Below are positions 57,699 to 64,000 of a DNA stretch of 64,000 nt, in pieces. The stretch covers positions 36,091 to 100,090 of the forward strand of contig JAMCUI010000009.1 in assembly GCA_023379265.1 (NCBI GenBank), given 5' to 3'. Each line of letters starts with the position of its first letter. The first letter of the stretch is position 1. The position numbers were made by a program, and so were the translations under genes. Source of the stretch: Patescibacteria group bacterium. GTDB lineage: Bacteria; Patescibacteriota; Microgenomatia; 2-02-FULL-39-11. The notes beneath the pieces were generated by a model that was not told the origin of the DNA, ran no database searches, and was given only the letters and a program-made list of their open reading frames with translations.

Positions 57699-58355
57699 TT
57701 AGTTTATCAACTGGAGAAGTTCATTGGGATAGTCGATTAGTTTTTTGGCTCCACCTTCTTGGATCTGTGTTATTGATTGGTATCCCCAAGAAGCTCCTAC
57801 TGGATACATTCCTGATGATTGTGCTGTTTTCATATCAATATCCGAGTCACCTAAGTATATCCAATTTCCTGGGTTAATTTTCATATTTCGGCAAATATTT
57901 AACACTTCTGTCGGATCGGGTTTTTCAGGAGTAACACCGGGGATGATACCTGAGACTTCGCTAAAATAATCATTTCCAAGAAGGCCTTTAACTAAAGATT
58001 GTGTGAAACTGTTTTCCTTGTTAGAAAATACTGCCATTTTCATATCAATTTTTTTTAACTCATTCAATAAGGGAAGAACACCCGTAAAGATTCTTGTCTC
58101 AGGTAAACATCTTTTACCGTACTCTTTTTGTGCTTCTTTATAGACAGCATCAATAACTTCACTCATTTGTTTTCCAGTTGGTAGAGATTGCATTACTAGA
58201 TTTCTGAAGCCCTTACCGATAATTTTTTTATAGAAAGCGATATCGTGTACCGGAAGGTTATGTAATGATAATACACTGTTCATGGTGGCAGCCAATCCGC
58301 CTGCTGTATCAAGGAGGGTTCCGTCAAGATCAAAAAGTACTGCTTGGAATTTCAT
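57699..58355 (-). CDS. HAD-IA phosphatase resembling phosphoglycolate phosphatase (Gph/CbbZ-like)
   Basis: Motif I LFDLDGTLLDTAGGLAA, motif III KPDP, motif IV GDSDIDMKTAQSSG. Co-directional, 4-nt gap to the PRK gene. Confidence 0.6.
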   Translation of the reverse strand: MKFQAVLFDLDGTLLDTAGGLAATMNSVLSLHNLPVHDIAFYKKIIGKGFRNLVMQSLPTGKQMSEVIDAVYKEAQKEYGKRCLPETRIFTGVLPLLNELKKIDMKMAVFSNKENSFTQSLVKGLLGNDYFSEVSGIIPGVTPEKPDPTEVLNICRNMKINPGNWIYLGDSDIDMKTAQSSGMYPVGASWGYQSITQIQEGGAKKLIDYPNELLQLIN

Positions 58356-58358
58356 CGT

Positions 58359-59429
58359 TCACTGCTTCCCGAGTTCGTTATATTTCCAGTTCACCTGTTC
58401 CAAAAATCTCCATGCGATAATAAGTTGTGCAAATTTAGTGGCTGAGACATTTTCATTACTCTCTTTAGGATCAAGTAAGTCACCTTTCATGGCTTCCTTA
58501 ATTGGTATGCCTGTGCAGCTGACAATAAAATTTTCCAGACTGGCAATTGTTTGTTCAGGAAGTAAGCCATCAATGGTAACATCCATAACTTTTCTTCCCC
58601 AATATAGACTGGGAACAGCTGCCAGAAGAAAAGGAGGTTGGTTATTATCTAGTATTGACCCCATATTAAGAGGAAGCATAAGACTGGGCAAAGGTTTTTG
58701 TGAGGGTTGGATAATTAATTCCACTTTGTAGGACATCTCCGGCATGGCATAGACCAGTTCATATCGGGCATAGTTTGCCATTTGGGTAAGATTTACTTTA
58801 ATGACGATATTGGCGCTTGTTTTTTGGAAATCTATCCATCTTTTATAAGCTGCTTCACGTTTTAGCATTTCCTCTATCAGTTTTTCTGCAGCATGGCCTC
58901 TTTTTTCCATATCCCGTCTGTATTTCCATTTCCATTTTACTTCCCTAGAGGGATCAACATAGATACTCAGATCCAGAAGAGGTAGAAATTCCGGATAAAG
59001 AGCATGAAGTCCTTCAATTATAATAATTGGAGCAGGGGCAAACGGTCTTGGATTATCAAAATCACCTGTGGCATGATTATATACAGGGATCTCTATTGCC
59101 TTTCCCTTTTTCAGATCTGTCAGGTGCTGATGTAATAGATCAAGTTTGTTTATAGATGGATCTAAGGGCAAATGGCCAGTTTTTAGGCGTTCGGCCCGGT
59201 TTTCCTTGTGATAACCGTCCATTTCAATCGTTTTGACCACGCTTTCACCCAATAGCCTTCTGATTCCATCGCTAAAGACAGTTTTGCCGCTTCCGCTGTC
59301 TCCGGAAATGCCGATAATGAACGGTTCTTTAATCCTGTCCAACATAGAACGCAGAAATAAACAAGTAGGGTGCGATTCAAAAGAGCCGAATTGGAAATGT
59401 TTATTCTGATAATTTAATGATTGGCTCAT
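58359..59429 (-). CDS. prk: phosphoribulokinase (PRK/uridine-kinase superfamily, plant/cyanobacterial/archaeal-type PRK)
   Basis: P-loop GISGDSGSGKT. Collinear PRK blocks: DGYH, LDPSINKLDLL, KKGKAIEIPVYNHATG, IIIEGLHALY, DLSIYVDPSREVKWKWKYRRDMEKRGH. Confidence 0.8.
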   Translation of the reverse strand: MSQSLNYQNKHFQFGSFESHPTCLFLRSMLDRIKEPFIIGISGDSGSGKTVFSDGIRRLLGESVVKTIEMDGYHKENRAERLKTGHLPLDPSINKLDLLHQHLTDLKKGKAIEIPVYNHATGDFDNPRPFAPAPIIIIEGLHALYPEFLPLLDLSIYVDPSREVKWKWKYRRDMEKRGHAAEKLIEEMLKREAAYKRWIDFQKTSANIVIKVNLTQMANYARYELVYAMPEMSYKVELIIQPSQKPLPSLMLPLNMGSILDNNQPPFLLAAVPSLYWGRKVMDVTIDGLLPEQTIASLENFIVSCTGIPIKEAMKGDLLDPKESNENVSATKFAQLIIAWRFLEQVNWKYNELGKQ

Positions 59430-59540
59430 AACGTTGGAAACAAATATATAAATTAAGCATATGGTGAATAATTTTAGATGTCAATATAACTATTTTAAAA
59501 GATTGACTAGGACAAAAAGCTATGGAACAATTAGATTGTT

Positions 59541-60758
59541 ATGTTAGGTAGTACACTCAGGGATAAGAAATTCGGGGAGTTATTTGCAGATTTGGCAAAA
59601 GGAGCATGCATGTCTTTACGAGACAGGAGAGTTTTAGAGAAAAGGTATGGTTTTAATGGAGAAAAACCGTTGACTTTTTTTCAAATATCCAAGCAAACGG
59701 GTCTCCCTTTACAAAAAATAAAAAAAATTTCCAGATCTGCCATAATTCTCATAAGATCAAAAATGACAGCGGATATGAAAAATATAGATGAAGATAGTGC
59801 ATCACAGAGAATTTCTTCATACCTCAAAAACAGATTTGGTGATACAGGTAAAAAGGATAAAAGACTGGCCGGACGTATATCAAGATACGTAAAAAGATAT
59901 TTTTCCTATTTGCCGGCAAGATATGGAATAGAAAATCTGATTCTACTTCTGGCTTATCCTTCATTTTCCCGACATAAAATACTTATTAAAAAAGTCAGGA
60001 GATTGATGAATAAATCCGGAAAGACTTCACCTCTTTACCTAAACAATAAGCAATCTTTGGTTTTTAGGAAATTGCTTTCCGAGGTTGAGTGGTTTGGACA
60101 GTCGGAGGAAACGAATGACTTATCTTTACCAGATATAAATGAAATCAGTCTGGAAAGTAAAAGAAGGATAAGAAATGTACCTTTCGATTACCAGAAAAAT
60201 TCAGGATCTTTTTACAGCCACAAACTTAAAAGAGAAGTACAATTTGAATCAGGGCGCGAAAGAGAGATGTTTATTTATATGGAGAAACATGATGATGTGG
60301 TTTGGTATAAAGAACAACCCTTAAAATTATCATATCGGTTACAAGGTAAGGATAGGTATGTATATCCTGATTGTCTGTTTGAGCTTTCCAGCGGAAAACG
60401 GGTCGTGGTAGATATACGTCCAGTTTTTAAGATGGCGCTTTCGGAAAATGTATTCAAATGGAGCCTGATGCAAAAGTATTGCAGGAGGAAAGGTTATGGG
60501 TTGCTAATAACAGATGGGAAAAAATCAATCAGCCATTTTCTACGTCATGAGGTTAACAAGGAATTTGCTCAGGCGGTATTGGATAAGCTCCGGAAGATAA
60601 GGCCTAGATCATTGTGGTGGCAGGAATATAAGTCGTTATTGAGGAAACACAAAGCAATCATTGAGGATGACGTGGGACTTATACTGCAGTGCAGGTTGGT
60701 TTGGACGCTGAATCCTTTCAGTCTAAGAGGGAGAGGATTGTCAAGTTATAAATTATAA
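59541..60758 (+). CDS. hypothetical protein with sigma-70 region-4-like HTH N-terminus and a possible PD-(D/E)xK nuclease-like C-terminal domain
   Basis: LRDRRVLEKRYGFNGEKPLTFFQISKQTGLPLQKIKKI resembles sigma70_r4. C-terminal YPDCLFEL...KRVVVDIRP resembles D-x(n)-E-x-K restriction-endonuclease-like cores. Confidence 0.35.
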   Translation: MLGSTLRDKKFGELFADLAKGACMSLRDRRVLEKRYGFNGEKPLTFFQISKQTGLPLQKIKKISRSAIILIRSKMTADMKNIDEDSASQRISSYLKNRFGDTGKKDKRLAGRISRYVKRYFSYLPARYGIENLILLLAYPSFSRHKILIKKVRRLMNKSGKTSPLYLNNKQSLVFRKLLSEVEWFGQSEETNDLSLPDINEISLESKRRIRNVPFDYQKNSGSFYSHKLKREVQFESGREREMFIYMEKHDDVVWYKEQPLKLSYRLQGKDRYVYPDCLFELSSGKRVVVDIRPVFKMALSENVFKWSLMQKYCRRKGYGLLITDGKKSISHFLRHEVNKEFAQAVLDKLRKIRPRSLWWQEYKSLLRKHKAIIEDDVGLILQCRLVWTLNPFSLRGRGLSSYKL

Positions 60759-61934
60759 ATAAGCATAATCCACAATCAAGTCGGCTGCTTTTTTATATCC
60801 TCCGGCATCTTTCAGAGTCTTTTCTATTTTATGGGCATTTTCCTTATAAGTTTTATTTGTCAGTAATTCATTTACTGCCGTCATAAAACTGTCCTTTTCG
60901 ACCGGTTTTTTATCCCATGATATACCTGCTCCTAACTCTTGTACTCTGGCTGCGTTGGCTCGTTGCTCCTGTATAAAAGGGAAAAATAGCATAGGCACGC
61001 CATAATAAAGACTTTCGTTGACGCTGTTCATTCCACCGTGGCTGATGAAAAGAGAAGCTTTTTTCAGAATGGAGAGTTGAGGTAGATAGTTGCCTATGGT
61101 GATGTTTTCCGGTATCTCTCCCAAAGCCTGTGGTTTGATATAGCTGCCAAAAGAAAGATATATGCGAAAGGGAGTATTTGCAAATATTTTTACAAATGTT
61201 CTATACAGCAAGGTATTATCGTTATAGACTGTACCAAGTGCTATATAGATTATTGGTTTGTCGGATGTATTTATAGGGAGTGGGGTTTCCGGTCTTTCGT
61301 AAATGATGGGTCCAACAAACTTAAATTGTCGACTAAGTCTGTCTGAGCATGGTTGGAAGTATTTTGACGTAAAGACAAGGTTCAGTTTTTCACTATTTAT
61401 AAACATGTCGGTAATAAAGGGCACCCGCCTGCCGACCTTTTTATATAAGTTGCGGTAATCCTTAAATATCTGGAAAGTATCTTTCGTATGTTTTATCAGC
61501 CTGAAATAATCCGGTAGGAGAAATTTGGTGTATTTTAGAAGAACTGCCGGATGGAGAACCATGCTGGTTACAAGTGAAACAGACGGGGTTTTGGATCTTA
61601 TACCTGCTAGTTTACCCCACAAATTCATTGCGTCGTGAAGTACGCAGTCAGGTTTCTCGATTTCTATCATCCTTTCAAGATTAGGAAGTATTTGTTTTGT
61701 TACTTGAAGGTTTAGTTTGGCTATAATTTCCGCATTTTGCATGACGCGCAAATCCGGAATTTTGACTTTTATAGGAGGAGGGCGAAATTCTGCTCCCGTT
61801 TTTTCTATTTTTACCCTAAAATCTTCAGTATTGTAGACAATAACTTTGTGCCTTCGTCTTACTAATTCTTTTGCTACTCCAAGCGTAGGATTGAGGTGTC
61901 CATACGCCGGGAGAGTAAGGAAAATGAATTTCAT
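60753..61934 (-). CDS. GT1-family glycosyltransferase (MGT/UDP-glycosyltransferase-like)
   Basis: N-terminal LPAYGHLNPTLGVAKEL. C-terminal UDPGT-like donor-binding region (HGGMNSVNESLYYGVPM). Confidence 0.7.
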   Translation of the reverse strand: MKFIFLTLPAYGHLNPTLGVAKELVRRRHKVIVYNTEDFRVKIEKTGAEFRPPPIKVKIPDLRVMQNAEIIAKLNLQVTKQILPNLERMIEIEKPDCVLHDAMNLWGKLAGIRSKTPSVSLVTSMVLHPAVLLKYTKFLLPDYFRLIKHTKDTFQIFKDYRNLYKKVGRRVPFITDMFINSEKLNLVFTSKYFQPCSDRLSRQFKFVGPIIYERPETPLPINTSDKPIIYIALGTVYNDNTLLYRTFVKIFANTPFRIYLSFGSYIKPQALGEIPENITIGNYLPQLSILKKASLFISHGGMNSVNESLYYGVPMLFFPFIQEQRANAARVQELGAGISWDKKPVEKDSFMTAVNELLTNKTYKENAHKIEKTLKDAGGYKKAADLIVDYAYL

Positions 61935-62055
61935 AAGCGAATTATAGCAGTAATCGGAGGCTAAAAAAAATTATCGGATGCTTCTTATGAAATCGTCAAT
62001 TTTAGAGTATGTTTCGAAAAAGTACAATAAAGACTTTCGGTTTCCTTTTTATCCC

Positions 62056-62679
62056 CTATAAGGGTGCATTTTTTGACTTCTCCGCTTCCCTGGCGTTTTT
62101 AAGAGCGCGTGTCCACCAGGCAAGTTGCGAAAGAAAATCTCCTGCTTGCTGACGAAAAGCCAAAAAATGATCTATTTTGTCACCTTCCTTTTTGTTAAAT
62201 ATTTCCATCATTACCTGAAATGGAATATGTATTCCGGTTCTAATTGGTGCCATTTGTAGTTCTATAGTCACTTCTCTCAGTTGTTCTACGGATCTTGCTC
62301 CACCTACGCTGCCATAGGCAACGAAGCCTACAGCCTTTTTATTCCAAGGATAGTAAACGTGATCCAATGCGTTTTTCAGTGCTGCCGGATATCCATGGTT
62401 ATATTCGGGAGTGACAATGATATACCCGTCGGCTTCTCCAATTTTATCCGCCCATTTTTGGACAACTGGATTGTCATACTTTCCTGTGGTAATCCTTGAA
62501 GGTGAAATAGGTTCGTTAAATAAGGGTAAAGGATAATCCATAAGATCAATAATTTCTACATTCATATCATCTCTTTTTTTTGTCTCCTCAAATATGAATT
62601 GAGCCGCCTTGTCCCCGAATCTACTTTTGCGGATGCTGCCTATTATTATCTTTATTTTTAACTTGTCATTGTTTGCCAT
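62056..62679 (-). CDS. NAD(P)H-dependent FMN reductase (flavodoxin-like fold)
   Basis: IIGSIRKSRFG P-loop-like FMN site and VTPEYNHGYPAALKNALD motif. Confidence 0.75.
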   Translation of the reverse strand: MANNDKLKIKIIIGSIRKSRFGDKAAQFIFEETKKRDDMNVEIIDLMDYPLPLFNEPISPSRITTGKYDNPVVQKWADKIGEADGYIIVTPEYNHGYPAALKNALDHVYYPWNKKAVGFVAYGSVGGARSVEQLREVTIELQMAPIRTGIHIPFQVMMEIFNKKEGDKIDHFLAFRQQAGDFLSQLAWWTRALKNAREAEKSKNAPL

Positions 62680-62798
62680 AAAAGCCTCCTTTATTTTTAT
62701 AAAAGTATAATGTATAATAATACTATATAATATATAGTGCTATAATAATTATAGTACCAATCATAAAATAGTCAAGAGGGGGAAAATAGGCTAAGATT

Positions 62799-63113
62799 AT
62801 GATTATGCAAAAGACGGATCAGAAACAGTGCGGTAAACTGCTTAAAGTTATAGGAGACTTTTGGACATTGTCTATTATTATGGAGCTTAGGGACGGAGAA
62901 CTGAGATTTTGTCAATTGCAGAGGGCATTGGGAAATCTGAATCCAGTCACCCTTACAAACAGGCTGAAGAAGCTGGAAAAGGCAAAATTCATATACAGAA
63001 GAGAAAATCCGAATGAAAAACTAGCAGTCAGCTATACTTTGAGTAAAAGAGGTCAGGGTATGCTGCCTGTTTTGACTGAAGTCCAGAAATTTGCGGCTAA
63101 ATATCGTAGCTGA
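62799..63113 (+). CDS. HxlR-family transcriptional regulator
   Basis: 104 aa. CGKLLKVIGDFWTLSIIMELRDGELRFCQLQRAL matches the HxlR wHTH. Divergent from the FMN reductase (typical pairing). Confidence 0.8.
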   Translation: MIMQKTDQKQCGKLLKVIGDFWTLSIIMELRDGELRFCQLQRALGNLNPVTLTNRLKKLEKAKFIYRRENPNEKLAVSYTLSKRGQGMLPVLTEVQKFAAKYRS

Positions 63114-63147
63114 ATAATTCCTTTCGTTACCTTCGGAAAAATTTATC

Positions 63148-64000
63148 TTAGTTCTTAACTTCTTTTGTGACATCGCGAAAATCATAGAAGTGCTTGTTGT
63201 CAAGATAAATATAGTTCCTATCAGGCAAAAGCGGCATGTTGGCGTCAAAATATAAGTTGAATATTGACCTAAACGAGTTTACCGGAGTTATGGTCTGGTA
63301 AAGTTTATCTTTTGAAACTCCAGGCAGAAAATAAGCAGAGAGAATAGGGAATTTCATTTTCAACTCTTTGGTTGTAGCATTTTGCCAGCTCTCTTCCGGT
63401 TGGAGCATACCCGCGATGAACTTGGCACCCTCATCAGACTGAAGGAGTATGACGGGAGGTTTTTGTGAAGCTTTTAATATTGCGTTAATAATTGTTTCCA
63501 GTTTTTTGTTTAAGCAATTCACCTGGTCGGTATAATTTTGTGTTTCCGGCCGAAACCAGTTTTGGGCATAGGATGTTATACCGCAATTTTTATCAAAGAC
63601 ATATGGTCCATGTGGGGAGATGATATGTATAAAGACAAATTTCGGACTTGGCAGTGTTGCTACTTTGGGAAGAGCGTCAAACTGGTAAATGACTATTTCT
63701 CTTTTGTCTTCGTCCGATTCACCAATAACCTTTTCAGGAATCATACCATCAAGGAATGGTTTTAGCGCTGTTGACTCAAGGATGGCATAGGGAAAGATGC
63801 TTATACCAAGATGGTTTTCCTTTTGTATATTGTAGTTGTCATCAGCTAAGGGGTTGTAGCCTGTAGGCCACCACCAGGAACCCATCTGGTAATACCTGTA
63901 TCCTAGTGTGCGGAAAAGTTGTAAAACATTGTTGTTTTGTATCAGAGGAGCGGCAACCGATATATCTGAGGAATTGTGGTGGGATGAGAGATAATCTATA
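63148..64000 (-). CDS. sulfatase/phosphoglycerol-transferase (alkaline-phosphatase superfamily) C-terminal part; 5' end beyond window
   Basis: Frame stays open upstream of the annotated Met through the window end. C-terminal sulfatase-like segment (ISPHGPY, LLQSDEGA). Confidence 0.5.
   Translation of the reverse strand, partial: IDYLSSHHNSSDISVAAPLIQNNNVLQLFRTLGYRYYQMGSWWWPTGYNPLADDNYNIQKENHLGISIFPYAILESTALKPFLDGMIPEKVIGESDEDKREIVIYQFDALPKVATLPSPKFVFIHIISPHGPYVFDKNCGITSYAQNWFRPETQNYTDQVNCLNKKLETIINAILKASQKPPVILLQSDEGAKFIAGMLQPEESWQNATTKELKMKFPILSAYFLPGVSKDKLYQTITPVNSFRSIFNLYFDANMPLLPDRNYIYLDNKHFYDFRDVTKEVKN

Overview
This 64-kb window is a low-GC (~37%), gene-dense bacterial chromosome segment with almost no mobile or repeat content; its gene content mixes CPR/Patescibacteria-like and Firmicutes-like families (DUF3048, DUF4446, T-box). 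It carries housekeeping genes plus several unusual metabolic modules.

- **BCAA biosynthesis (1.7-15.1 kb).** A complete branched-chain amino-acid cluster is arranged as two convergent operons. The plus-strand operon is ilvD-ilvB-ilvH-ilvC, then a threonine-synthase-like PLP enzyme fused to a LeuA-type allosteric domain, then ridA-ilvE. The minus-strand operon is leuA, a LeuD-LeuC fusion, then leuB. A candidate Val/Ile/Leu-rich leader peptide followed by an alternative-pairing terminator attenuator sits upstream of ilvD. A terminator-type leader sits upstream of leuA.
- **Mid-window housekeeping genes.** These include secDF, a CCA-adding enzyme, recJ, gltX, era, rdgB and uppP.
- **Aspartate module (25.5-30.1 kb).** A T-box-like riboswitch leader (GAC specifier, UGGN antiterminator bulge, terminator) precedes an archaeal-type PEP carboxylase, aspartate aminotransferase and a compact AspRS.
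- **Efflux and transport.** A two-component system sits upstream of a MacAB-like HlyD/ABC/FtsX efflux module. There is also an ABC-2 exporter and an MFS transporter.
- **RuBisCO cluster (56.2-59.4 kb), the most striking feature.** A bona fide archaeal form-III-like RuBisCO large subunit lies convergent with a two-gene unit encoding a clear phosphoribulokinase and a phosphoglycolate-phosphatase-like HAD enzyme. This is a minimal CBB-type enzyme set without the AMP-salvage partners usually found beside form III RuBisCO. A DsbA-like and CxxC membrane redox pair is adjacent.

Other oddities are a 71-bp tandem triplication of the ilvB 3' end, a duplicated ridA 5' end, RidA with a Cys-rich tail, and a sigma region-4-like HTH protein with a nuclease-like C-terminus. 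No rRNA, tRNA, CRISPR or transposase genes were recognised.
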